Below, piece by piece: positions 20,409 through 31,319 of a stretch of DNA of 64,000 nt. The notes beneath the pieces are model-generated. The model was not told the DNA's origin and did no database searches. It saw only the letters and a program-made list of their open reading frames with translations. Both the position numbers and the translations under genes were made by a program. The stretch's first letter is position 1, and the number at the start of each line of letters is the position of its first letter. The DNA is from an uncultured Gemmatimonadaceae bacterium (GTDB lineage Bacteria; Gemmatimonadota; Gemmatimonadetes; Gemmatimonadales; Gemmatimonadaceae): positions 14,307 to 78,306 of the forward strand of contig CAWAGQ010000012.1 in assembly GCA_963781585.1 (NCBI GenBank), given 5' to 3'.

Positions 20409-22053
20409 CGGTCTCCGGCTTCGGTCTGTGGAGCGGCAGCAGCACGGTCACGCGCGTCCCGTGTCGTCGCTGTCGACGAAGACGAAGCCGCGGTGGGCCT
20501 CGATGGCGCGGTGGACGACCGCCAGGCCCAGCCCGCTGCCGCCGGGCTTGGTGGTGAAGAACGGGTCGAACAGCCGGTCGCGGATCTCGGCGGGATGCCC
20601 GGGCCGTCGTCGGAGACGCGGAGCGCGACGCCGCCGCGATCGAACGAGACGCCGGCCGGCGCGTCGTCGAGCGCAGCGGCGCGACCTCGACGCGCACCGA
20701 CCGGCTGGGCGGGACGCCTGCACCGCGTTGAGCGCGAGGTTGAAGACCGCGCGATGCAGCAGGTCCTCGTCGCCCTCGATGCAGAGCGACGTCGTCCGGC
20801 GTCGTGCACGCGATCTCGACGTCCTCGGGGCGATCCGGGTTGGTGGCGGCGAGATCGCCGCCCCGCGCGCCACCGCGCCGATGTCGAGCCGCTCCACGCG
20901 GGACCCGCGCACGCGCGCGAAGTCGAGGAACTCGGAGAGCAGCCGCGACAGGCGATCGGACTCCCGGACGATGAGGTTGTGAGCGTGCGCTCGTCCGCCG
21001 TGGCCTTCGGCGAGCGCCCGAGCTGCTCCACCGCCCTCCGGATGGACGCCAGCGGATTCTTGATCTCGTGCGCGAGCGAGGCGCTCAGCTCGGCGACCGC
21101 CTCGAGCCGCTCGGCGCGCATGTGCAGCGTGTCGAGCCGCTTCTGGTCGGAGATGTCCTGGAAGATCGCCGTCGCCGTTCGCCCGGTCGCCGCCGGTCTC
21201 GGCCGCCGACGTCATGGTGGTGTTGAGGCCGATCGGGAACTGCCGCGTGCGTGGTCGCGACGCGTCCCTCGGCGCGCGTCGTGCGCACCCCTTCGGCCGC
21301 GCGCTCGAGCGCGCGCGCGAGCGCGGGCGAAACCGGCTCGATAGGCCGAGCACCGGGTCCCCGACTCGGCGTCCCAGATCGACGCCGAGGAGCGAGCTGG
21401 CCGCGGGGTTGGCGTACAGCAGCGTTCCCCACTCATCGACGGTGACGATCCCGCTGCGGATGTTCCGCAGGATGTCGTGGCCTGCAGGCGCGCCTTGACC
21501 AGCTCCGCCGCGAACTCCCCGTGCCGGCACGCGCCTCGCGCAGCCGCGTGGCGATGTAGCCCGCGCAGGGCGACCGTGCCGAAGACCCCGAGCTGCAGCC
21601 AGAGTCCGAGGTCCAGGGGCGATGGTGCCGAGCAGGACGTCGGCGAAGTACAGCCCGCAGCCGAGCGCGGCGATCAGCAGCCCCGTGGTCGGCAGGAGCA
21701 GCGCCGCGGTGGCGATGACCAGGATGTAGAGCGCCGCGAATTGCGACGTGCCGCCGCCGGTGATGTGCACGACGCCGTCACCAGCACGAGGTCGAACAGT
21801 GCCTGCGGCGAAGAACGCCGGACGAGCGGACTCCGGTAGACTCGCTGTAGACCGCCGACCCGGCGGTGAAGATCATCGCGCCCATGATGAGCAGCGACGC
21901 GACCAGCGTGTCGGTCTTCTCCGCGTCGCGCCACGCAAAGACGGCGGCGAGGAAGATCGCAGCCGTCATGGCGAGCCGCCCCACGTACATCCAGCGCAGC
22001 AAGGCGTCGAGGTTCCAGGATGGTCGGCGCGCGGCGGAAGCCTGAGTGGTCAC
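20405..22053 (-). CDS. pilS: sensor histidine kinase, PilS-like (frameshifted; start approximate)
   Basis: N-terminal TM segments with TGGGTSQFAALY; PAS; LAHEIKNPLASI; DDGPG; PFFTTKPGGSGLGLA. Confidence 0.85.
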
Positions 22054-22172
22054 GCGGTGATCCGAAGTGCGGGTATGGCAACCTGCAATACGCCGGCTCG
22101 GCTGGGTGGTGCGTTTTGCCATGCTGTGGACGACTGGGAGGAAAGGCGAGGCAATGGGCGCATGGAGGACGA

Positions 22173-22309
22173 AGGTCAGAGAGGCCAAAGGTCAGAGGCG
22201 AGAGGCCAAAGGCCAGAGGCCAAAGGCGAGAGGCGAAAGGCCAAAGGTCAGAGGCCAAAGGCGAAAGGGCAGAGGCGGAAGGCGAAAAGGGCAGAGGTCG
22301 AAGGCCAAA
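22173..22309. repeat. tandem degenerate heptamer array (AGGCCAA/AGGTCAG/AGGCGAG, about 18 units)
   Basis: 7-bp periodicity read directly in the divergent pilS-arfB spacer. Confidence 0.9.
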
Positions 22310-22427
22310 CGACGCGCGACGGGAAGGCTGCTTGCTAGGCACTGCCTACAGCCAGGAGGCGCGGGCCCACAACTATTTTGGACCCGAGGTCACCGTGGCG
22401 TCACGGGCCGAGCATTTCGCGGCGCCG

Positions 22428-22885
22428 ATGCCGCACAAGTCCTCATCAGGCGCCCGGGACGAGGGGCTCCGGGTCGACCCTCGATCACGCTATTCCGCGC
22501 GAGGAGCTCCACGTGCGGGCGACACGGTCGGGCGGCCCGGGGGGCCAGCACGTGAACGTGACGTCGTCGCGGATCGAGGTTCGCTGGAACCCGCTGCGCC
22601 CGGGCGTTCTCCGCGGAAGAACGGGAGCGCGTCGTCGCGAAGCTGTCGAACCGCCTGGACGGCGAGGGGTTTCTGCGCGTCGTGTCGAGCGAAACGCGCA
22701 GTCAGCGTCAGAACCGGGACCTGGCGGAGGCGCGTCTGGCGGAACTCGTCAGGCGGGCGCTGATCGTGCCGAAGCCCAGGAAGGCGACCAAGCCATCGCG
22801 TGCGGTGCGCGAAGCCCGGTTATCCGAGAAGCGCCGGCGCTCCGAACGGAAGCGTGAACGAAGGCGCGGGGAGGGATGGGAGTGA
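22428..22885 (+). CDS. arfB: alternative ribosome-rescue peptidyl-tRNA hydrolase (frameshifted)
   Basis: ATRSGGPGGQHVNVTSSRIE (GGQ), SETRSQRQNR, basic tail RKATKPS...RLSEKRRRSERK. Confidence 0.92.
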
Positions 22886-22980
22886 GGAGTCTCAAGGCGC
22901 AAAGGCCGAAGGCCGAGTCCAATGTACTGCGCCGAAGGCTAAGGCCTGTGGCCCTTGATCCCTGACCCTCTGACCTCCCA

Positions 22981-23650
22981 TCACTGAATCGAAAACGACA
23001 CCCCAACCCGATACGTGACCAGATTGGCATCGCTCTGGATGGTGTGCAGCACGATGTCGCCGTTGGGAAGATCCTCGATGCCACCCTTTCGCAGGTAGCT
23101 CACCTGGCCGTTGTTGTGGTATCGCGCGCCAAGATCGATGGCGACTTCGCCCTTTCGGGTCTTGAAGGGGATGAGCAGGCCGCCGCCGACGCCCCAGGCG
23201 AAGGTGCCGTCGTGATAGTTCTTCGTCTGGGCAAGCTTTGGTTGTCGGGGAGCCTTCCACGGAGCTTTCCGTGAAGAAGTAGGAAAACCCGGCGCTGGCA
23301 TTCGCGTAGGGGCGGAAGCCGGGAAGCGGCAGCGTGAGCTGCGGTCCGATGCCCATCCAGACAATGTTGTTGGACGTGGTGAGATCCACGAGGATCCGGC
23401 CGCCGATGGTCGAGGACAGCGGGACGCGCTTTTTTTCGTGTCCGTACTGCAGCCAACCGCCGTCGATGCGCAGACTGAGCACGCCGCGCCGGTCGGCGTT
23501 CCAGCGGAAAAACGCGTCGAGCCCCCAGCCGTGGTCCACATAGTCGTGAAATCGCCACCGGCGACGCCGTAGTTGGCGGCGCCACCGACGGCGAAGCGGT
23601 AGGTCGCGGCGATCGGTGAGGAGGCGGAGGCGCGGGAGCGCGAGAAACGT
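22981..23650 (-). CDS. outer-membrane beta-barrel protein (frameshifted; start uncertain)
   Basis: Alternating strands MGIGPQLTL, RPYANASAGFSYF, AWGVGGGL, C-terminal YRVGVSF. Confidence 0.65.
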
Positions 23651-23865
23651 GGCGCGGGAACGACTGAGACGCGATGAAGGCGCGTAACGAAATGAGGACA
23701 GGTATGTAGCGAGCGGTTCCTTGCTGGAGAGACGGCGAGCCGCCCGTGACGTGTCTGTGCGGCCGCATCACCTGTCCGACCGTCATCGCGGCTGCCGCCT
23801 CACCACGCACGTACCCGTGCCGCCTGGTTTCTCCTGGCGCCGCAGGCCACGCCGGCAGAGGGGCC

Positions 23866-26441
23866 TTACGGAACCCGAAACCTTCCTCCGGTTCGTACGG
23901 GGGTCGGGGTTTCCCCACATCCCGAAGTCGTCGTCCTCGCCGAAGGGATCGCCCGGCGGCGCACGCAGGGCACGGGTGGTCGCGGGAAGCTCCGCTTGTC
24001 CAGCCAGCGCGTGAAGTCGGCCTGGACCTCGGTCCAGTGCGCGCGATTCTCGAGGTTCCCCTGCCCGGCGCGCTGCTTTGCCATGGGCAACCAGTTCCGG
24101 ATCCGGTACTCGGCGATCGCCCGCACATCCCGCGGCGTCGCTGTCGGCGGCCAGTAACATCACCCGATCGATCACCGCGCGCTGCGTGGCCCGCAGGATT
24201 CCGGCTCTTCGCGGTCCATGGTTCCGGGCTGCATGCGTACCGCCGCGATGCGGTCGATCAGCTCGTTGAACGTGAGGGGATTCTTCTGGTAACGCGCAAA
24301 CTGAATCAGGCTGGGCATCGCGGTCGGCTCTGGAGCAGCGCATCGACCACCATCTGCGCCAGTGTGCGCGCGGCGCCGAACTCGTCGAACACGGGACGGG
24401 TGCGGCGGGAGAAGAGCTCCACGCCACCGTTGAAACCCGGAGGCGCAGGCGGGAGCAGCGGAGTACCGTGTCGGGAATCGCCAGCTCCGTGGGGCTCAGG
24501 GCAAGGAGTAACTGATCCAGCGCCTGACGCTGGCGCGCAGGCTCCACCGGCCGCGTCGCGGCTGCCCATCGCCGCGTACTCCGTAGCTGTATTCCATGCC
24601 ACCGATCGTCTTCCGATGCGGATGATGCCCCAGCGATGGAAGAGGTAGAGCGGCACGAATCGGTCGTGCAGGAGTGCAATCGGCTCGCCGGGGCGGATGT
24701 TGCGCAACCCGTAGCGCGCCATGGCCACGCGGCGCACGTCCATCTGTCGCTTGAGGAATTCCACGGGTGTCTTGGCATCGTCCCAGATGCTGACGCGCGG
24801 ATCGGAGCCGTTCTCGGGTCGGCCGTCCTGGTCCGTGAGGAACAGGTAGCCTTTCTTCAGCCCTTCATCGACGATGGCCTTGAGTGAATCGGCTTCGCTG
24901 GCGGGCGGGAAGATGCCGTAGGCCCAGTGGATTGCCCATACGTCGTAGTCGCCCGGCCCCGACGCGTAGGCCTGGCTCAGATCGATCCACCCTGGGCGTC
25001 AATCGCACGCGCGGCGCCGGGTAGTCCATCACCGAGCCGCGCTCGTAGGTGGACTGCGATGTAGTTGTGCGCCATGCCGAGCGTGTGGCCGAGCTCGTGG
25101 GCGGTCACCTGGCGGATGCGGGCGAGGACGAAATGCGTGTCGGCCGGCGACGGGTCGGCGCCCATGAGCGAGGCGTAGATGTTGTAGTCGGTGCGATTGC
25201 GGTGCGAATCCATGTGGGCGACGCCCTTGATGTTCTCTCCGGTGCGCGGGTCGCCTAACGAGCCGCCGAACGACCAGCCCCGCTCGTTGCGGTTGATCCA
25301 GAGCACCATGTTGTAGCGGATGTCCATCGGTCGGCGCCGGGCGGCAGGTCGCGCACCACGAATCCGCCGCGGAGTCCGGCGCGGTCGAAGGCCTGCGACC
25401 AGAAGTGCGCCCCGTTCTATGGATGCGGTGCGCAGCGGCTCCGGAATGCCCGGGTCGACGTAATACACGATCGGATTCTTGATGGGACTGTTGGGATCGT
25501 TCGGATTGGTGCGTTCCAGCCGGAAGCGCGAAATCCAGTGCTGATCGAGACGGCCCTGGATGGGCTGCCCGTAGTCGTTGAACGAGATGCCGAAGAAGCC
25601 GATGCGCGGATCGACGGCGCGGGACGATACCCCGCGTCAGGCAGGCGCACGAAGCTCAGGTGCTGGTGCAGCGTGACGGCGTGTCCGTCGGCGAGGATCC
25701 GCGATGAGGATCCCCGGCGCGCCGTTGGTGACGAACGTGAGCGACGAGTCGAGCCACTGTTATCCGGGAAGCCCTTCGTGTACGGCTGGTAGACGGACGA
25801 CCGGTCGCGCACCACCTGGTAGTTCCCCTGCCTGCTCCCCTGGAGCGTCTGGCCGACGTCGGTCCAGTCCCGGTAGGCGAACTCGTGGCGTCCACCAGCA
25901 CGCGTCCACCCTCGTCGGCGAGCACCGGCAGCGAGGCGATAATGCTGGGCGGGAACGACTGCGCCACAGAGAACTGGTGCGCGGCGTTGTTCGCGAGCGA
26001 CGCGCGTAGTTCCAGTTCTCGAAGAGCACCATGACGCGGTCGCCGCTGCGCACGAAGTCCGTGACGTTTTCCAGGCCGCCGCCGCCGCGGTCGATGCCGA
26101 TGGGATTGGAGCCCAGGCCGGTGGCCTGCTGCGCGAAGAAGAGCATCTGCATCGAGTCGCGCGGGATCTCAAGTACACCTTGCCCCTCTTCTCTTCCGTG
26201 TAGATCGGCAGGAAGCCGTCGTGCTGCTGGAAGCTGCGTGCGTTCGGCGATGGTCGCAGCTGCGGGACGGGTGCCGGCGTTTCCGGGGTTCGGCGCGGGG
26301 AGCTGTGTCGGCGGCGTCGGCTCCGGCCGCGGCGCGGGGGTGGGGGGGCGGGCGGGGGTGGGGGTGCACGACAGCGCTGAGCATGAGTGGTCGCGAGCAG
26401 CGCGGTCGCGAGCAGCGCGGGTCCGCGAGAAGAGTGTCCAC
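23866..26441 (-). CDS. zinc-dependent metalloprotease (DUF5117/DUF4953 type; many frameshifts, ends approximate)
   Basis: HELGHTLGMAHNY zinc motif; YYVDPGIPEPLR; DPRTGE; FVPLYLFHR. Confidence 0.85.
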
Positions 26442-26789
26442 TATGGGGATGCGGTGGGCTCGGCGCGAGGGTGACGTCAGATCGGGCATGAATGGGCGAC
26501 AGGCTCGCATGGGAAGGGGGCGCGTCTGTCTCGTCGGGACGCCGAGGAGCGCGAGGCCATGGACCCGAGGGGGTCGAGGCGTCGCAAGTGCGGGTGGAGT
26601 GTCAGTGTGCGGTCGTGCGGCATGGCCTGTGGTCTTTCACCCATGGCCTGTGGCCCATGGGCAGTGACCATAGCTCAGAGGCCATGGGCCATAGCCTCCT
26701 CCCACCAGCATCCCAAGGGCAGGAGCGAATCGGTGCCTCGTATGGGCTATGGCCGGTGGCCTGTGCCCTCTCCGATGATCTTTCTTATC

Positions 26790-27776
26790 GTGTTGACGGT
26801 TTGTGTTGACGAAATTGGCGCGGCGCGCGAGCGGATCGCGCCGTACCTGACGCCGACGCCGCTCCTGCGCGTACGCCGAGCTGGATGCGGCGGTCGGGCA
26901 CGGCATCCGTGTGTTCGTCAAGCACGAGAACTTTCAGCCGACGGGCGCGTTCAAGGTACGGAACGGACTGTCGCTCATGATGGTGCTGCCGTACGCCGAG
27001 CGGCAACGCGGCGTGGTGGCGGCCATGCTGAAGAAATCACGGTCTGGGCGTGGCGTTCGCCGCCCACGCGTTCGGCGTGCGCGCCACGATCTGCGTCCCG
27101 GCGGGGAACAACCCCGAGAAGAACGCGGCCATGGTGTGCGATAGGCGCGCCGGGTCGTCCAGGAGGGACGCGACTATGATGACGCCACGGCGGCGGGCCG
27201 ACGGGATCGGCCCGGCCGGGGACGAAGGGGCCACGCTTGCGCACTCGACGAATGAGGTGGGGGTGATCGCCGGAGCGGGCACGATGTCGCTGGAGATGCT
27301 GGAGCAGGGCAGCCTGGGCTCGACGCGATGGTGATCGCGGTCGGCGGCGGGTCGCAGGCGGTTGCAGCGATGGCGGTGGCGCGCGCCCGGGAGCCGCGGC
27401 GCTCGCGGTGTACGCGGTGCAGGCGGCCGGGGCGTCGGCGGCGCACGAAAAGAGGAACGCCGGCCGGCGGCTCACCACGCCGTCCGCGGACACCTTCGCC
27501 GACGGTCTCGCCACGCGCGCGACGTACGATCTTACCTTTCCGGCGTTGCAGGAGAGCCTGGCTGATTTCGTGACGGTGACCGACGCCGAGATCGCCGAAG
27601 CGATGCGCCTGGTGCTGCGGACGACGCATTCACTGGTGGAAGGCGCGGGGGCGGCCGGGCTCGCGGGGTTGAGGAAGCTGGCGCCGCGCCTGCGTGGCCA
27701 GTGCATCGGCGTCGTGCTGTCGGGCGCGAACGTGGATCTGGAGACCCTGCGACGGGTGGCGAGTGGGGAGCTGTGA
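26790..27776 (+). CDS. PLP-dependent threonine/serine dehydratase (frameshifted)
   Basis: [58 protein letters not shown]. Confidence 0.9.
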
Positions 27777-27823
27777 GAGCGAACCCCACCGCGAGTTGCC
27801 GACAACCCCAGCCCTGATGCCTG

Positions 27824-28267
27824 GTGGCATCCAGGCCCAATCTCCATGCCCGCCCCTCCCCCTCCCCTCCCCCTCCCCCTCACCCTCCCCAACGTGTCCG
27901 CCTCGACAAGTGGCTCTGGGCCGCGCGCTTCTACAAGACGCGCGCCCTGGCCGCCGAGGCGATCGATGCAGGCCGCGTCGAGGTGAACGACGAGCGCGCC
28001 AAGCGCGCGCGCCACGTCGCGACGGGTGACCGCATTCGCATCCGCAAGCCTCCGTTCGAACAGCGAGTGACCGTGCGCGGGTTGTCGGAGACCCGGGGAC
28101 CCGCGCCGGTGGCCGCCACGCTGTACGAGGAGTTCGAGGAGAGCCGCCAGGCGCGCGAAGAACTGGCGAAGCAGATGAAGCAGCTCGGGCCGCCGGTGTT
28201 CCGCGACAAGGGGCATCCGTCGAAGAAGGAGCGACGGATCATCGACAAATGGCGGGGGCGACGGTAG
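27824..28267 (+). CDS. hslR: S4-domain ribosome-associated heat shock protein Hsp15
   Basis: RVRLDKWLWAARFYKTRALA...RGPAPVAATLYEE...GHPSKKERR. Confidence 0.93.
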   Translation: MASRPNLHARPSPSPPPPPHPPQRVRLDKWLWAARFYKTRALAAEAIDAGRVEVNDERAKRARHVATGDRIRIRKPPFEQRVTVRGLSETRGPAPVAATLYEEFEESRQAREELAKQMKQLGPPVFRDKGHPSKKERRIIDKWRGRR

Positions 28268-28377
28268 GACGTGAGAGGCGGGATTCCCCTCCGCAGTCCA
28301 GAGTCCATAGGTCATTGGCCACAGGCCATGCCCATCGCTCTGCAATGGACTACGTGCATACGTCTGTGGCCTCTGGC

Positions 28378-29028
28378 CTATGTCCCCAATACCTCCAGCG
28401 TCCCATCGTCCAACCGATGCCCCCCCTCGAACTCCACGGTCTCGAAGGCGATCCCCGCCTCGGTGAGTCGGGCGTGATTCTCCTCGAGGTTCACCCAGCT
28501 CGCGAACTGATCGGCCGAGCCCGTGACGAGAATGAGCGGCGCGCCGGCCAGGCGGTTGCCGAGCAGCGCCAGGTCCAGGTCCGGCGGGAGCGTCCCCGCC
28601 CACGCCACGAACCGGTCAGCGCGCCCCCTGCCTAACGCGAGCCAGCGCGCCGCGGTCGCCACCCCCTGCGAGAACCCCAGCACCGTGACGCGCGCGCCGG
28701 GCGTCACGACTTCCCCGAACACCGCATCGAGAAAGTCCACGTAATCGGCGATCTCGTTCTCCCGATCCTCCTTCGTCATCCAGGTGGCCCCCACCTCGGC
28801 GTCGGCACGCGTCCCGCTCGGTCCGACCTTGCTGTAGTAGCGGTTCAGCGCTTCGGGCGCGACCAGCAGCCGGCGCGGCCGCGCGATCCGCTGGAACTGA
28901 CGGAGGAACGAGCCGGCGAGCTGGCCGAACCCGTGGATCAGGAACCAGATGTCGGCGGCGTCATCGACGGTGTCGCCCAGCGTGTAGTACCGGGCGCGGC
29001 GCGTCGTCGTCAGGCGGTGCTCCTTCAC
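28378..29028 (-). CDS. alpha/beta hydrolase (phospholipase/carboxylesterase type)
   Basis: IHGFGQ, GFSQG nucleophile elbow, FEGGH. Confidence 0.9.
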   Translation of the reverse strand: MKEHRLTTTRRARYYTLGDTVDDAADIWFLIHGFGQLAGSFLRQFQRIARPRRLLVAPEALNRYYSKVGPSGTRADAEVGATWMTKEDRENEIADYVDFLDAVFGEVVTPGARVTVLGFSQGVATAARWLALGRGRADRFVAWAGTLPPDLDLALLGNRLAGAPLILVTGSADQFASWVNLEENHARLTEAGIAFETVEFEGGHRLDDGTLEVLGT

Positions 29029-29029
29029 G

Positions 29030-29824
29030 TCACGACCCCGGACTCACCAGCAGCCGCTGCCCGACCATGATCCGGTCGCGCACAGTATGATTCCAGGCAC
29101 GCAGCGAGTCGACGTTGACCCCGTAGCGATCCGCGATGCCGAACAGCGTTTCGCCGGGCTGCACCAGATGATAGACAGGACGCCGCGCCGCCGCCGCCGT
29201 GGCCTCGACCGCGATGCGCTCCGCCTCCTGCGCCGTGCGAATCGCCAGGCGACGTCGATCGACGACGGCAGTCACTGAATCCAGGCGAGAGGCGTTCCGT
29301 GACGCGATGGCAAAGGCGACCGTATCCCCTCCACCGCGCACCGTGAGGCCCGGGCGCGTCTGGTGGAGAACGCGTTCCGCGCGGAGTTCGAGGGGCGCAC
29401 GATATCGCCACGACCGTACTTCCAGCTCCGGAGGCTCGTCTTCGTGCGGCAGCAACCGTTCCGGCGGCACCCCAACGTAGATGAGCCGCTGATTCGTCGC
29501 CGCCACGATTCCATGGGTGACGCGGAAGTAGTTCCACCAGTGCCGCTGCATCACCGGCACCAGCGCTTCCACCTGCTCGCCGCGATCCAGCAGAAAGTCG
29601 ATCTCCTGGTTGGCGATGCGCGCCGACCCTTCCGCGTCTCCGCGATGCAGGTACAGCAGGAGTCCGATCACGCCCAGCAGCGCCAGCCACACCGCAGTCC
29701 ACGCCGACACGCGCACCGCCCTGACGAGTCGGCGTGGTGAAGCAGGGGTTCGTGCTCGCCGAGTGGTCAGCGGCGTAATCGGTCGTACTCGACCCGCCGA
29801 CTGACCCCATTTTACGAGTCTCAC
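29030..29824 (-). CDS. LysM-domain membrane protein (true start probably internal, near 29716)
   Basis: TM helix, PH-like middle (ATNQRLIY), C-terminal LysM YHLVQPGETLFGIADRYGV. Confidence 0.85.
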   Translation of the reverse strand: MRLVKWGQSAGRVRPITPLTTRRARTPASPRRLVRAVRVSAWTAVWLALLGVIGLLLYLHRGDAEGSARIANQEIDFLLDRGEQVEALVPVMQRHWWNYFRVTHGIVAATNQRLIYVGVPPERLLPHEDEPPELEVRSWRYRAPLELRAERVLHQTRPGLTVRGGGDTVAFAIASRNASRLDSVTAVVDRRRLAIRTAQEAERIAVEATAAAARRPVYHLVQPGETLFGIADRYGVNVDSLRAWNHTVRDRIMVGQRLLVSPGS

Positions 29825-29864
29825 CCCGTCTTGCTGCGAGCGCGCCGGCGATAGGCGTTCGCTC

Positions 29865-30371
29865 TCAGGGGCGCGGTGGGCGCCCGCGGCCTCGGCCCCG
29901 CGACGCGTCGCCCACGTGGGCCGCCAGCGAATCGAACGTGGCGCGCTGCGGCACGGTCAGCAGCGTTCTCGCCTCGGCCTGCGCCGTCTGGTTGTTGGCG
30001 CGAATGACCTGGGTAACCGGCTCCGACAGCCGCCGGAACCGCTCCAGGGCGTCGCGGTCGGCATCGGTCAGCCGCGGCCTCGGTTCGCGCGACACGCCCA
30101 CCACGTCGCGCAGCGAGTCGAGCTGCTGCATGAAGGGCTCATTGGTCCGGCGCAGTCGCCGGCGCACGTCGATGAGGGACATCTTCTGCGAATCGGTGAG
30201 CTCCAGCTCGCGCGAATGCTCGAGGAAGAAGCTGATCGGCTCCCCGTCGCTCAGGTCGAACGTGAGTCCGCGTCCCACGCCGATCGTCGGCATATCCTGC
30301 GCGACGAGACCTGTCGGGAAGGCGGTGATGAGTGCAGCAACGAGGAGCGGAATCGACGAGCGCATGATCAA
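29865..30371 (-). CDS. secreted Spy/CpxP-like helical protein
   Basis: Signal peptide, LELTDSQK and LLTVPQR (LTxxQ) motifs. Confidence 0.6.
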   Translation of the reverse strand: MIMRSSIPLLVAALITAFPTGLVAQDMPTIGVGRGLTFDLSDGEPISFFLEHSRELELTDSQKMSLIDVRRRLRRTNEPFMQQLDSLRDVVGVSREPRPRLTDADRDALERFRRLSEPVTQVIRANNQTAQAEARTLLTVPQRATFDSLAAHVGDASRGRGRGRPPRP

Positions 30372-30486
30372 CTACGGCCTCGGACCTGATCTCAGGGCTA
30401 TGACTTGTGGTATCCCACGGTGAGCGTCCGTCATACCCATGGATCGATGCGAGGTGTCACGCACGGACCCGGGCTGCTGCCGCGCA

Positions 30487-30657
30487 CTACTTGGCCCAGG
30501 TCTCCGTAGAGTGCGGTACCGTGGGATCGAGCGGCGAGCTGTGAGTGCGCCGATTGATCGTGAACGCAATGGAAAACGCGGCCACGACCAGAAACGCGAT
30601 GAACGCGGCGACGCCCCAGCCCTGGTTGAAGTTCGGTTCGATTCGACGACTGGCCAT
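30487..30657 (-). CDS. small single-pass membrane protein (56 aa, below the ORF-track cutoff)
   Basis: MASRRIEPNFNQGWGVAAFIAFLVVAAFSIAFTINRRTHSSPLDPTVPHSTETWAK*; GAGAGG RBS; co-oriented with both neighbours. Confidence 0.65.
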   Translation of the reverse strand: MASRRIEPNFNQGWGVAAFIAFLVVAAFSIAFTINRRTHSSPLDPTVPHSTETWAK

Positions 30658-30724
30658 GCGGTCCTCTCGCGACCCGGCGGCGTGCCGCCGGATGACGGGT
30701 GTGTTCGGTCACGGGTTGTGGAAT

Positions 30725-31306
30725 CTAGTGCGGTTTCGCCCCGTCTCGCCAATCTGTCGCGCTTTCACGGAACCGGCGGCCCGCCCGCGCCAGCATGTCC
30801 AGTATCTCGAGCACAATGGTTCGCCCGTGATCCCGCGCGTACCAGGAACGAGTTCGACGATACCGCTCGTCCCTGGGGAGGCAGAGCCCCACGGACCGCA
30901 CCCAGCGCTGCAGCTCCGCCGGCCGCGGACCCCACCAACTCCATCGGACCAATGTCTGGTCGAGCGCCATGACCACGGGAATCGATCTCGTGTCGGACGT
31001 CAGATGCACATCCATGAGATCCGGATTCGCATCACGGCCGGCAACCCGCATCTCCAGACTGAGACTCTCAGCCAGGCGTGCCACCACCGGGACCACGTTG
31101 ACGGCATCGCCACACCAGTCCTCGCTGAGCACGAGCAGGCGGCAGCCGGGGGGCCACGCCGCCGTCGCCACGCCGGGAGGGACCGAAGCCATGCGATACA
31201 CCGCGCGCCAGAAGTCCTCATTCTTGCGAACCGTTTCCAGGTAGTCATGGAAAGTCGGTGCCGCCCGAAATCGCTCTTCGGAGAGGATGGCCTGGCGAGG
31301 CGGCAC
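30725..31306 (-). CDS. thioredoxin family protein (WCGD motif)
   Basis: LVLSEDWCGDAVNVVP, RDANPDLMD, SIPV, WGPRP. Confidence 0.88.
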   Translation of the reverse strand: MPPRQAILSEERFRAAPTFHDYLETVRKNEDFWRAVYRMASVPPGVATAAWPPGCRLLVLSEDWCGDAVNVVPVVARLAESLSLEMRVAGRDANPDLMDVHLTSDTRSIPVVMALDQTLVRWSWWGPRPAELQRWVRSVGLCLPRDERYRRTRSWYARDHGRTIVLEILDMLARAGRRFRESATDWRDGAKPH

Positions 31307-31319
31307 CGTGGTCGTTCCG

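Noticed and set aside
22173..22309. CRISPR array
   Set aside because: 7-bp contiguous degenerate units with no spacers and no cas genes. The longer repeats elsewhere are separated by whole genes.
26335..26420. G-run tract and 15-bp tandem repeat as a regulatory element
   Set aside because: Explained by Pro/Ala-rich linker and signal-peptide codons at the start of the minus-strand metalloprotease.
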